Origin: a virus
DNA: 64,000 nucleotides
Virus record (IMG/VR): IMGVR_UViG_3300012228_000003
Coordinates: 3,050 to 67,049 of that record
Direction: 5' to 3' (one strand)
The notes under the pieces are model-generated. The model saw nothing but the letters and a program-made list of their open reading frames with translations, made no database searches and was not told the origin of the DNA. Position numbers and translations under genes: made by a program. This document shows positions 43,054-52,232 of this stretch, one piece after another. The stretch's first letter is position 1; each line of letters starts with the position of its first letter.

Positions 43054-43476
43054 TCACGATGGAAATATGGTGATGTTGAATTTGGCTCTGCCGGCCCTGC
43101 ACCGGACGAGCAAGGTGCTCAGGTCCGACGGGCAGAATCGCATCGACTGCCCCGGCCTGACTAGGAACGGATGGGCTTCGCCTCCTCGCACAGCGACCTC
43201 GATGATCTTGGAGGCGATCACGACCTTCTCTTCGGCGGACGGAACGACCTGATGATGCTTGCCCTCGACGTTGGAGATGCTCACCATCGATGCCTGCTTG
43301 ATCCACCCTGAGTCGATTTGCTCCCACTCCTCCCCCGCGAAGCTGAAGCGCGGACCGCAGGGAGACTCGTCGCTGCTCAGCCAGGTCGAGAAGCTGCCGT
43401 CGACCGACACGGGGCGGTCCACGGACGGGGCGTGGTAGACGGTCTCGACGACGACGAGGCGGTTGATCGGGTTCAT
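43054..43476 (-). CDS. Putative tail-associated protein
   Basis: Position; beta-rich sequence. Confidence 0.55.
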   Translation of the reverse strand: MNPINRLVVVETVYHAPSVDRPVSVDGSFSTWLSSDESPCGPRFSFAGEEWEQIDSGWIKQASMVSISNVEGKHHQVVPSAEEKVVIASKIIEVAVRGGEAHPFLVRPGQSMRFCPSDLSTLLVRCRAGRAKFNITIFPS

Positions 43477-43483
43477 TGAGTTC

Positions 43484-43921
43484 CTACTTTTCAAAAGCCT
43501 TGACCGTGACCTCGACGTCGGCACCGTCGGCCTTCATGAAGAACTGATTATTCGCTGCCGTGGTCCCCGTGCCAGTCCCGACGTACTCCTCCTGGAGGTC
43601 GCGAGAAAGACGCAGGACGTAAGACTCGCCAGGCAGCAGCTCGCCAAGTGGATAGTAGACATCAGTCTGCGGGTCATAGATGCCGTAGCTGACGTAGTTC
43701 GTGGCATCTGAGTTCTTCAAGACGCAGAGACTGGGAGTGCTCAGCTCCTCAAAGGAGACGGCCTTGCCTCCGGTCGGGATTGTCAGCGCTCCGGGGGTCG
43801 GCCCCTTCGTGCCGTCTACGTCGGCGGTGAACCCGGCACTAATGTTCTCGTCCATCAGGGTGATCGAACCGCTGAGCTTCCTGATGTTCAACCCGATGCG
43901 AACGCTTGCTTCTCTTGCCAT
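43484..43921 (-). CDS. Putative tail-associated protein
   Basis: Position; beta-rich; GTGTGT loop. Confidence 0.55.
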   Translation of the reverse strand: MAREASVRIGLNIRKLSGSITLMDENISAGFTADVDGTKGPTPGALTIPTGGKAVSFEELSTPSLCVLKNSDATNYVSYGIYDPQTDVYYPLGELLPGESYVLRLSRDLQEEYVGTGTGTTAANNQFFMKADGADVEVTVKAFEK

Positions 43922-43931
43922 GATGTTTCTC

Positions 43932-45650
43932 TTAGAAGGTCAGGGGGATGCCGAGCTGGAGGAAGTCGACCTCGGTGTACTTCTCGACGTGAATGTGGCC
44001 CGGCTGCGTGTCCTCAGTGATCGTCTCCGTGCCGACCAGCGTCCAGCGCCCGCCGGATGTCCAAACCCCGTTCCCAGAAGAAGAGTTGAGGGTGAAGTTG
44101 TCGGCGTCGACTACAGTAATTGCATAGGTTCCGTTGGCCGCAGTGTTGCCCAATGCACCCTCAATCTGCACGGTCTGCCCCGAAGTCCTGCCGTGGCTGA
44201 CGCTGTTGACGCTGATCGGCGAAGCATTCGTCGCCCCGGTGATGATCTCCGAGGGAATCGAGGATTGGCCGACGCTGCCGTCGAGGGAGAAGTGGTTCGC
44301 GTCGACGACCGTGACCACCCAGGCTCCGTCGTCGATGCCCGCAGCGCCAGTGTTCTGAACGAAGATGCCCTGCCCAGTCGCCAGTCCGTGAGCAGTCGAG
44401 GTGATCAGCACCGGAGTAACGTTGTCGGCGACCGAGTTGATGCCTCCTGCCCTGCGATACCTGCCCCCCTCCATCAGGGCGATGTCGCCGGGGTTCCCGC
44501 CGTCCGAGCCTCGCAAGCGGAACCTGATCGCGTCGACGACGTCGACGATCCACTGCCCGTTGGCACGCTCTGCCTGGAACCCAAGAACGTCCTGCATCGT
44601 GATCGTCTGCCCGGTAGCCAGCCCGTGGGGGCCTGATGTCTCGACATTGATCACGGCGCTGACCGGCGGACCGATGTTGCCGAAGAACCGCTGGACCGCC
44701 CCGCCGGGGTCGGTGAACCAGTCCCCGCCGGCGCCGATGGGGGCATATTCGTTGACCTGCGCAGGCACAATCCGCTGGGAGACAACTCTGACCGAGGCCG
44801 GGACCCCGTGGCCGTTGAGAACCACGCGGGTATTCTCGCCGTTGCGGTCCTTGAAGCGGATGAAGTGCTGGGGGTTGTAGTACTGCGGCAGCGCCCCGGC
44901 GATCAGGTCCAACACGTAGTTGCCGGTGATCCTGTCGAAGTGGCCTGAGAGGGCCTTGGTTCCCTCGTCGAGGATGTCGCGGTCGTGCGTGCGGAAGTCG
45001 ACCCCGAACTCCAGCGTGCGCCGGTAGTAAATGTTGCAGGAACCGAAAAACTTCCTCTCCCACGGCGAGGAGTTGAGCTTGACGCAGCGCGGGGGGATAC
45101 CCCAGATCGAGAAGGCGTTGACGCAGTTCTTGAAGCGCAGCGGCAGGACGTAGCCAAGATAGGCACTAGCGACGTTCTGGACGATCTTGATAGTATCCTG
45201 CCCGACGTCCCATTCGTTCTGCGGTCCTCGGATCATCTCGTGAGAGGATGTCAAGATCGCCCTGCCGAAGCGGTCCTTGAGCGCCTCCTCGACCTTCGAG
45301 ACGAAGCTGCCGCTGATCTCCGGCGGCTCCAGCAGCGGGTCCTCTATCGTCGTGTCCTGGCAGCGGCTCGGTGCCCTGGTCGAGAAGGTCTGCTCGACGG
45401 TGAAGTTGCGGTTCGGCTCGTTGGCCAGAGACGGAGTGATAGTGGCGGTCTGTTCGCAGTAGGCCCAGGGATCGATCTCTCCACCGAAGGCCCAGATCGA
45501 GCCGGGCAGCGGCAAGCCTGGAGTGTTCAAGGCGCTGAATGGGCCGTCCTCCGGGTCGCATTCGAGGAAGTGCTTCAGCTTGTACTCGCGGTGGCCATCA
45601 GCGAAGCGTTGCATCTGCCACTCGCGAGGGCCAACGATCCTGGTGGTCAT
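43932..45650 (-). CDS. Tail hub/baseplate-like protein with three E1-FCCH-like beta repeats
   Basis: Follows the TMP; repeats of the form HGL.TGQ.I.......NG.W.V.VVDA..F.L. Confidence 0.6.
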   Translation of the reverse strand: MTTRIVGPREWQMQRFADGHREYKLKHFLECDPEDGPFSALNTPGLPLPGSIWAFGGEIDPWAYCEQTATITPSLANEPNRNFTVEQTFSTRAPSRCQDTTIEDPLLEPPEISGSFVSKVEEALKDRFGRAILTSSHEMIRGPQNEWDVGQDTIKIVQNVASAYLGYVLPLRFKNCVNAFSIWGIPPRCVKLNSSPWERKFFGSCNIYYRRTLEFGVDFRTHDRDILDEGTKALSGHFDRITGNYVLDLIAGALPQYYNPQHFIRFKDRNGENTRVVLNGHGVPASVRVVSQRIVPAQVNEYAPIGAGGDWFTDPGGAVQRFFGNIGPPVSAVINVETSGPHGLATGQTITMQDVLGFQAERANGQWIVDVVDAIRFRLRGSDGGNPGDIALMEGGRYRRAGGINSVADNVTPVLITSTAHGLATGQGIFVQNTGAAGIDDGAWVVTVVDANHFSLDGSVGQSSIPSEIITGATNASPISVNSVSHGRTSGQTVQIEGALGNTAANGTYAITVVDADNFTLNSSSGNGVWTSGGRWTLVGTETITEDTQPGHIHVEKYTEVDFLQLGIPLTF

Positions 45651-45657
45651 GAGACTG

Positions 45658-47682
45658 CTACTCCGTCACGTTAGAGGGGGAGAAGGTCACCGGAGGTCGC
45701 CCTGCCAATCGAGCGAGGTGGCCGTCGATGGAGATCAGCAGCGCCACTGTCCTGTCCCTGCCCGCGTCGGTCGGGACCGAGGTGTTAGCGGGAGTTGGAC
45801 CGCTCAGGCTCGCGACGGAGGGGGAGGGGATGCCGCCGCCCATGCTCGCCGGCGCCCCTGATCCTCCTGCTCCCCCCGGTCTGACCGCCGTCAAGCGTTC
45901 CTGGTAGGCAATGATCCGAGCGACTCCCTCGGCGCTGCCTCGCAGGACGGCATCGAATTTCTCGGCCTCCTTGACAGCCTTCTTCATCTGTTCCAGTTCT
46001 TGAGCTGCTGGACTCTTCTTGGGATATTCGGCAGCTGCCGCCAAGGTCGCAAACTCTCTGCGTCTCATGGCAACGAAATCCTCGAAGGACTCGAAGAGGC
46101 CCTCGCTCATCTGGTCGAACTCCGCTTGCAAGTTCCTGGTCAGATCGCTCACTCCTCCGCCGAGACTTAAGGCAATGCTCTCGAAGTCCTCTCGCCACTG
46201 TTCCGATATGCCCCGGATCGGTCCAGCATCTTCACCTCGAATGACCTTCCAGAGGTCGGTGAAGGTCCTGCCCAAAGTCTTGCAAGTCGCGGCTCCAGCG
46301 GCGGCGATTCCTATGAAACCATTCCTGACGCTGTCGGCAGCGATAGAGGCATCGAGCTTCATTGCAACCCAAACAAGGGATATGACCTCCTCGAAGTTTA
46401 GCAAGGTGAACTCAGCGAAGAGGATGACCCGCTGAATCACGTCTTGAACGTCTTCCCAGTTGATCTTGGCATCACCGAAGATGCCCTCCCAAACGGAGAT
46501 GATGAAGTCCCAAGCCTGAGTTGCCGCTACGACGATGAAGTCCCAAGTCGCAATGGCTGCCGTCTTGATGATCCCCCAAGCAGTGATTGCAAAGGCAACT
46601 GCTGCGTCGGTGATCGGCTTGAGCCAGGCCCAGAACTCCAGCGCCTTGGCCTTGACCCACTCCCAGGCGACCCCGGCGGCCTTCTGCACGACCTCCCAAG
46701 CCTCCTTGACCCCTCCGAGCTTGGATATCCAGACCGCGATGGCGACTCCAGCGGTGACCACCAGGCCGATTATCAAGCCGACTCCTCCGAAGGCGGTGTT
46801 GAAGACCGCTCCGGCTACGGTGATCGCCGCGGCGACCGAGAGCACTGCGACCGCCAGCATCGCGACGACGGTGATGCCGGTCTTGACCGAGTCCGGCAGT
46901 TGTCGGAACCAGGCGATGGTCTCGCGGACTCCGTTGATCACCGGCTTGAGGGTATCGGCGACGATCTTGCCGACATCTTCGAGCATGTTCCCATAGTCGC
47001 GCTTGAGCATCTTCATCGCTCCGGCGGAAGACTCGGTCTCGGCGGCGGCGGCCTTCATGCCGGCGGCGACCAGCTTCTGCGCTTCGGCGACGAACTCAGA
47101 CTCGTCCTTGATGTTCCGCAGTTGGGGAACCATGCGCGCCATCATCATGGCTGTCTCGATGTCACCTCTGGCGATGGCGGCGGTCAGCCTGATCAGGCTC
47201 TCGGCATTCCCCTTGGTGATGGTCGCTAGGCCGATGGCGTCCGAGACCGCCTGCTCCGCGGCCCTGCCGGTGATGCGGTAGGTCTCGGCGGTCGCCAGCA
47301 ACGAGAGGACGTGGTCGTCCTCCTCGGTCGTGATCCTCTCCAGAGAGGATGCGAAGTCGTTGTACTGAGCAGTCAGCACAGCGACCTCCCTGCCGTTCGA
47401 CTCCAGGACCGCATTGAGATGCAGGCCGATGGTCTCGGCCTCCTGGAAGTTCCCCAGCGCATCGCGCAGCCAGTTGCCGGCGCCGAAGGCCCCCAGTGCC
47501 GAGAGCGCCCCGGAGGCGAACCCCTTGAGGCTACCGCTGAACTGCTCGATCCTGCCGGCGGCGACTTGGACCTGTGCGGCAGCCTCCAGCGTCTGCACAC
47601 GAGCATCCTTGAGCATCTGCGCATAGTCCGAGCCGTCGCCGGTCAGTCTGACCACCAGGGATTCTACTTCCGTCTCGCTCAC
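45658..47682 (-). CDS. Tape measure protein
   Basis: LVVRLTGD N-terminus, Ala-rich helices, TM segments, periodic Trp repeats. Confidence 0.85.
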   Translation of the reverse strand: MSETEVESLVVRLTGDGSDYAQMLKDARVQTLEAAAQVQVAAGRIEQFSGSLKGFASGALSALGAFGAGNWLRDALGNFQEAETIGLHLNAVLESNGREVAVLTAQYNDFASSLERITTEEDDHVLSLLATAETYRITGRAAEQAVSDAIGLATITKGNAESLIRLTAAIARGDIETAMMMARMVPQLRNIKDESEFVAEAQKLVAAGMKAAAAETESSAGAMKMLKRDYGNMLEDVGKIVADTLKPVINGVRETIAWFRQLPDSVKTGITVVAMLAVAVLSVAAAITVAGAVFNTAFGGVGLIIGLVVTAGVAIAVWISKLGGVKEAWEVVQKAAGVAWEWVKAKALEFWAWLKPITDAAVAFAITAWGIIKTAAIATWDFIVVAATQAWDFIISVWEGIFGDAKINWEDVQDVIQRVILFAEFTLLNFEEVISLVWVAMKLDASIAADSVRNGFIGIAAAGAATCKTLGRTFTDLWKVIRGEDAGPIRGISEQWREDFESIALSLGGGVSDLTRNLQAEFDQMSEGLFESFEDFVAMRRREFATLAAAAEYPKKSPAAQELEQMKKAVKEAEKFDAVLRGSAEGVARIIAYQERLTAVRPGGAGGSGAPASMGGGIPSPSVASLSGPTPANTSVPTDAGRDRTVALLISIDGHLARLAGRPPVTFSPSNVTE

Positions 47683-48083
47683 TTCAGCCCTCTAGGTTTG
47701 ACTTTCTGCACCTTCGCGATGGCGTCGGCTTTGGCCATCTCGTTGCGATACCTCTGCACTTCTTCTCTCGTCAGCGGACCAGGAGGCCCGCCCTCCTTCC
47801 TGACGTAGACCTTGCTCGGCTCGATGTTCACGAAGGGCAGCTTGAACTGGGTCGGCTGGATGGAGTTGGGCTTCTTGGAGAGCACCCGGCGGACTTCGCA
47901 AGAGTTAGCCATGATATACCAGTCTGTCCTCGAAGGACGGTCCCACTCCATCGCCAGCCAAGCCTGCCAGGTCCTGAACTGCCTGTGGGTCATCGGACCG
48001 GGCCAACCGAGGACCTCATGAAGATGCTTGCTCAGGGTCTGCGCTAGACGGAAGCACTCGTCATAGCGCCTCGCCCGTTTTTT
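47679..48083 (-). CDS. Tail assembly chaperone, -1 frameshift extension (gpGT-like)
   Basis: The -1 frame is open from the slippery site: KRARRYDECFRLAQ...MTHRQFRTWQAW. Confidence 0.75.
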   Translation of the reverse strand, partial: KKRARRYDECFRLAQTLSKHLHEVLGWPGPMTHRQFRTWQAWLAMEWDRPSRTDWYIMANSCEVRRVLSKKPNSIQPTQFKLPFVNIEPSKVYVRKEGGPPGPLTREEVQRYRNEMAKADAIAKVQKVKPRGLK

Positions 48084-48508
48084 GCCGACTCCCTCAACTT
48101 GGCGAGGTCGGCCTTGTTCTTCTTGAGCGCCTCGATCTGCTTGTCGATAGAGACCTCGTCCTCTTCCTCCCGCAGGCCAGTGATCTCCCGCAGCTTGTCG
48201 CGGAGCATCTTGACCACCTTCGTCGGCCAGGCCAGGACGACCTCGACGGTCACGGGGACCTGCCCGCCTTCCGTTACCTCGAAGAGACAGGATGCCAAGA
48301 ACTTCGCATTGACCAGGCCAACCCCCTCCATCGTGGTCGGCTTGCCGGTCTCCATGTTCGGCTTGGCCGCTCGCAGGGTCCCGTCCCGGTGCTCAAGCTG
48401 CGCCCCCTCGGACGCCTCCTTGAGGAGGTAGCGCTTGCCCTGAAACTTGACGGGGACCTCGATGGGCTTGAGTCCTTCGAGGTCCATTTCCAGATTCGCT
48501 GCTTGCAT
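48044..48508 (-). CDS. Tail assembly chaperone (gpG-like)
   Basis: Between major tail and TMP; A-AAA-AAC slippery heptamer at 48077-48083. Confidence 0.8.
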   Translation of the reverse strand: MQAANLEMDLEGLKPIEVPVKFQGKRYLLKEASEGAQLEHRDGTLRAAKPNMETGKPTTMEGVGLVNAKFLASCLFEVTEGGQVPVTVEVVLAWPTKVVKMLRDKLREITGLREEEDEVSIDKQIEALKKNKADLAKLRESAKNGRGAMTSASV

Positions 48509-48546
48509 GGGATGCTCCTTGTGGTTGGTCAGGGGCGAATGATCGA

Positions 48547-49020
48547 CTACGTGCCGCTGACGGAGGTTAGCACGGGACCGGCCTCGGCCTTGGTGATCGG
48601 GTCGCGGTTGGTCGGCACGATGGTGAACGAGGCTTCGGGCTGCACCCCCTCCTGGAGTTCATCTGGCTCGAAGCTCTTGAGGAACCCAAAGTAGGCCAGG
48701 GTCGAGCCGTCCGAGAATATCTGCGTGATGGTCCCCTCCTGATTGATCAGTGCAATGATCTGAGAGTAGACGGCGGGGTCATAAGCGCACTTGCCGGTGC
48801 TCTCGGTCAGGGTGATCAATGCCCTTGATGCCATCGTCCGATAGACGAGGTTGTGCATCGTCGTCTGCTCGATGGCGTCTCCGCCGTCGGCGCCTGGTGG
48901 CTTCATCGACTTCTCCCAGAAGGAGACGTCGCGGTCGCGCTCGAAGGATATCTTCGAGGAGAATCCGTCTTCGAGCATGATGCCGACCGGGGTCTGTCGA
49001 GTCGTAGCTACTGGAGGCAT
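48547..49020 (-). CDS. Major tail (tube) protein
   Basis: Position; GGDAIEQTTM, FSDGSTLAYFGFL; AAGGAG RBS. Confidence 0.75.
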   Translation of the reverse strand: MPPVATTRQTPVGIMLEDGFSSKISFERDRDVSFWEKSMKPPGADGGDAIEQTTMHNLVYRTMASRALITLTESTGKCAYDPAVYSQIIALINQEGTITQIFSDGSTLAYFGFLKSFEPDELQEGVQPEASFTIVPTNRDPITKAEAGPVLTSVSGT

Positions 49021-49032
49021 TGTCTGATCTCC

Positions 49033-49482
49033 TTATGAAATCTGCTTGATAGTGGTGACTGCGTTGAGCGTGAACAAGCTCCTGGCGCTGTTGAGGTCCT
49101 TGCCCAGCGAGAGCACGTCGCCGATCTTCGAGACCGCGTGGACGAGGTAGCGAGAGGCGCCGATGACGACCGTCTCGTCGTAGACCACCTCGGCGAGGGT
49201 CGCCTGGATCGCGTGGGCCTTGATCCAGCCGACCCTGGCGTCCGTCGCCCGCACCCGCACCTGGAATCCGTAGAGGCCCATCTTCTTGCCGTCTACCATC
49301 GACCTGCCGCTGTTGACCCCCGGCGTGTCGTAGACGGTGATTGCGTTGTCGGGAGTCACCGGCTCTGCCGAGAAGTAAACCGGCCAGTTCGTCGCCGAAG
49401 CTTCAGACGCGAGCGCTCCCAGGGAGAGGTCCACTAGGAGCTTCCTGATGACGTCGGCGGGTGAGTGCGTCAGTACTCGCAT
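49033..49482 (-). CDS. Tail terminator/completion protein
   Basis: PDNAITVYDT, FQVRVRA; position. Confidence 0.7.
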   Translation of the reverse strand: MRVLTHSPADVIRKLLVDLSLGALASEASATNWPVYFSAEPVTPDNAITVYDTPGVNSGRSMVDGKKMGLYGFQVRVRATDARVGWIKAHAIQATLAEVVYDETVVIGASRYLVHAVSKIGDVLSLGKDLNSARSLFTLNAVTTIKQIS

Positions 49483-49485
49483 CTG

Positions 49486-49668
49486 CTATCCCCACATGGT
49501 CCTGTGCTTCTTCTTGACCAGCTCGACTAGAGGAGCTTCCTGCACTTCTCTCGGCGGTCGCTGGACGAAGAGGGACCTCGCTATCCTCGTCGCCGCGAAG
49601 TAGAGCAGCCCGAAGGTCGTCAGGACTCCGGCGACCCAGCCCAGGGCGAACCACAGAGCCTCGATCAT
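49486..49668 (-). CDS. Small membrane protein
   Basis: N-terminal TM segment; ATGA overlap. Confidence 0.5.
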   Translation of the reverse strand: MIEALWFALGWVAGVLTTFGLLYFAATRIARSLFVQRPPREVQEAPLVELVKKKHRTMWG

Positions 49669-50024
49669 CTCTCGACCCTCGTGAAGGCGCTGTTCTTGAG
49701 CGCCCCGGTGTCGACCGGGACCAGCCTCTGGGCTTCGCGCTGGATGCGCAGGCCGGCGAGCAGGAGGCCCTGCATCATCGTCTTGCCCTGACGCATCACC
49801 TCGACGACGATTCGCGAGAGGACTCCGCCCTGAGACAGCTCCCTGGCCGGCTGCTCCAAGAACTTCGCCTGCCCAACGAGGTGGTAGGCTTCGAGGTTCT
49901 CGTGAACATAGATCGCGTAGTTCTGAGTGAAGCCGACTACCACCGAGCCGGAGTCCTTGAGAGCTTGCGCAGCTCTCTCTCGCAGCTCCCTGTCCAGCGC
50001 CTCTAGGTTCTTGATGCTCGCTAT
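49665..50024 (-). CDS. HK97 gp10-like tail completion protein (apparent ATA start)
   Basis: YAIYVHE, AKFLEQP, VPVDTGALKNS. Confidence 0.7.
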   Translation of the reverse strand: MASIKNLEALDRELRERAAQALKDSGSVVVGFTQNYAIYVHENLEAYHLVGQAKFLEQPARELSQGGVLSRIVVEVMRQGKTMMQGLLLAGLRIQREAQRLVPVDTGALKNSAFTRVER

Positions 50025-50025
50025 G

Positions 50026-50412
50026 TTACTGCTCCAGTGCCGGCGGGACGTCCTTGTAGAACTTGAGGCCAACCGTCCTCCTGACGTTCCTGTTCTTTAT
50101 GTCCGGCGTCTCGTTGTAGGCGACGATCTCCATCACCGAATTGTCCATGTCAGCAGAGCCGGAGCCTAGCCAGTCTGCCAGCTCGCCCTCGAACATCGCC
50201 CCGCCGACGTTGCACTCTTGATCGACCACGACCTGTGCGTCGACCGTCACCGGGTTGCCGTCGGCCCCGCGCATCATCGCCTGCTTCCAGACCCAGCGCA
50301 CGTTCAGCTCGACTGGAGCAGAGACCTGGGGTTGTCCCATGTCGTCGGCCCGAGTCACCACTGCCCAGTAGACCGCCTTCTGAAGTCGGTCCATAGTCTC
50401 GAAGGCAGGCAT
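50026..50412 (-). CDS. Head closure protein
   Basis: DDMGQP...PVELNVRW; position. Confidence 0.65.
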   Translation of the reverse strand: MPAFETMDRLQKAVYWAVVTRADDMGQPQVSAPVELNVRWVWKQAMMRGADGNPVTVDAQVVVDQECNVGGAMFEGELADWLGSGSADMDNSVMEIVAYNETPDIKNRNVRRTVGLKFYKDVPPALEQ

Positions 50413-50846
50413 CAGCGTCGGTCCTCGTAAGGCATCTGCTCCGAGGGCGACCTACCGAGCCACCCTCCCCCTGCGATCTTCAGCTCCTTGCCGCCGGCGG
50501 CATCGAGACAGCCTGATGGGTCCAAGCGCAGGGCTGTCTGTCCGTAGAGGGAGGACTCAAGGTACATCGCAGTCTGTCCGTCGAAGTTGCCGGAGGCTCC
50601 CTCGGTGCTGCGGCTGGAGTACCCCTTGTCGCTGACCTTGAAGTAGTGGGCCGCCAGCCAGCGCTCGATCAGCTCTAGCCTCTTTGCGGGGTATGCCGTT
50701 GCTCCCTTCGCGGCCATGCAAGAGACGACATCGTCGACCATCGCAGAAGCCGTCTCGATGAACGGGTTCAGGCTCGGCGCTTGCTCCGAGTCGTAGTCCC
50801 TGCCAGGAAGCAGGAGGGCCTTGACCGCATTGGCATTAGTTCTCAT
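50412..50846 (-). CDS. Head-tail adaptor (DUF4054-like)
   Basis: IERWLAAH, SSLYGQ..L.LD. Confidence 0.7.
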   Translation of the reverse strand: MRTNANAVKALLLPGRDYDSEQAPSLNPFIETASAMVDDVVSCMAAKGATAYPAKRLELIERWLAAHYFKVSDKGYSSRSTEGASGNFDGQTAMYLESSLYGQTALRLDPSGCLDAAGGKELKIAGGGWLGRSPSEQMPYEDRR

Positions 50847-50853
50847 GACTCAC

Positions 50854-51183
50854 CTAGCAAGGAATGATGTCCACTCCAAGGCACTCGACGACCACGGCTC
50901 CGCCCGACAGCGTCACAGTCGCCTTGATCTCATACTTGTCTCCGACCTCAGCCCCGGCGCCGACCGTGACCTTGAACTGAACGATCTTCAAGGAGGGATC
51001 AAGAGTCTGCGATGCCAAGCTCAGGCCGGTCGAGACCGAATCGTCCTTCAACACTTCGAGGACCGCACTGCTGATCGTCTGGCCGCCATCGGCAATCTCG
51101 TGTCGAGAGGAGAAGTCGATCTCGGTCAGGATGCCCTGCTCGCCAATCCGCAGCTCTAAAATTCCGTCCAACGTCCCAGTCAT
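50854..51183 (-). CDS. Small Ig-like fibre adaptor protein
   Basis: Beta-rich; follows the fibre genes. Confidence 0.45.
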   Translation of the reverse strand: MTGTLDGILELRIGEQGILTEIDFSSRHEIADGGQTISSAVLEVLKDDSVSTGLSLASQTLDPSLKIVQFKVTVGAGAEVGDKYEIKATVTLSGGAVVVECLGVDIIPC

Positions 51184-52232
51184 GCTTCCACCTCGAACGT
51201 AGAAGGCCGATCCTCTGTCTCGAATCGAGTTTGTCGATCTACGATGACAAAACTGCCTCGTCGATCTACGATGACAAATCTCTTGGCACCCACTGCATAT
51301 AGAGGAGCTGCCGGTGCAACAAATATCAGGCTTGCCGCCAGCGCGGTACGCTGAGAAACCAGTGCCCCTGCCCCGCTGAAGATCAGCCTAAACAGCGCGT
51401 TGGCCGAGAGCGTGGACGGTTGCGAGGTCAGGGCTACGGCAGCCACGTAGGACGGCGCCACAAAAGTAACCGACGCTGCCAGCGCGGTCTTGAGCGAGAC
51501 CAATGAAACGACAGCTACGTGCCTTGACCTGAACGTAGCGCTTGCAGCGAGTATGGACGATCCGCCCGTCAGCGCAACCGCCGCGCTGAACATGGACGTC
51601 GCGAAGATCGAGGTTGCCGCAAGCATCGTCGAACCGCCAGTCAATGCAACCGTTGCCACGTAGATCGGCACTGTGAATGTCGCGGTTGCTGCCAGCATAG
51701 TTTGTTGTAACGATAGCGCCGCCGTCGCCATATGCGTCCCAGGGCTGAACGTGACCGAGGCTGTCAGAGCGCTAATCGTGGACGCCAAGGAAACCGTCGC
51801 GGTATGGGTACCGGGCGAAAACATAGCAGAGGCCGCGAGCATCGTTGAGCCTGATGCAAACGCCGCTGCGGCCGTGTGAATGCCAGGGCTAAATATAGCA
51901 GATGCTGCTAATACTGATTGGCCGCCTGCCAGCAATACCGTCACTGTATAGGTCGGTCGAACGTGTGTTGCTGTCGCCGCGAGCGTCGTGAGCTGGCTGG
52001 TTAATCCGACGGCCGCGGTGTACTTCGGCCTGAATGTGGCAGAGACCACCAAGGTCGAGGGTTGACTGGTCAGTCCAGCAGATGCCGTATGAGTACCGGG
52101 GCTGAATGTCTCGGACGCCGCGAGCGTACTGCTACCGCTGACGAGCGATGCTGCGGCTGTAAAAGTCCCCGCCCCCGCCTCAGCCGGCAGAGTCGATGTG
52201 GGCAGTTCAGAGACAGTGCCGAATCCAGGCAT
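51180..52232 (-). CDS. Ala/Thr/Ser-rich fibre-like repeat protein
   Basis: About twelve 23-24 aa repeats plus C-terminal 9-aa repeats. Confidence 0.65.
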   Translation of the reverse strand: MPGFGTVSELPTSTLPAEAGAGTFTAAASLVSGSSTLAASETFSPGTHTASAGLTSQPSTLVVSATFRPKYTAAVGLTSQLTTLAATATHVRPTYTVTVLLAGGQSVLAASAIFSPGIHTAAAAFASGSTMLAASAMFSPGTHTATVSLASTISALTASVTFSPGTHMATAALSLQQTMLAATATFTVPIYVATVALTGGSTMLAATSIFATSMFSAAVALTGGSSILAASATFRSRHVAVVSLVSLKTALAASVTFVAPSYVAAVALTSQPSTLSANALFRLIFSGAGALVSQRTALAASLIFVAPAAPLYAVGAKRFVIVDRRGSFVIVDRQTRFETEDRPSTFEVEA

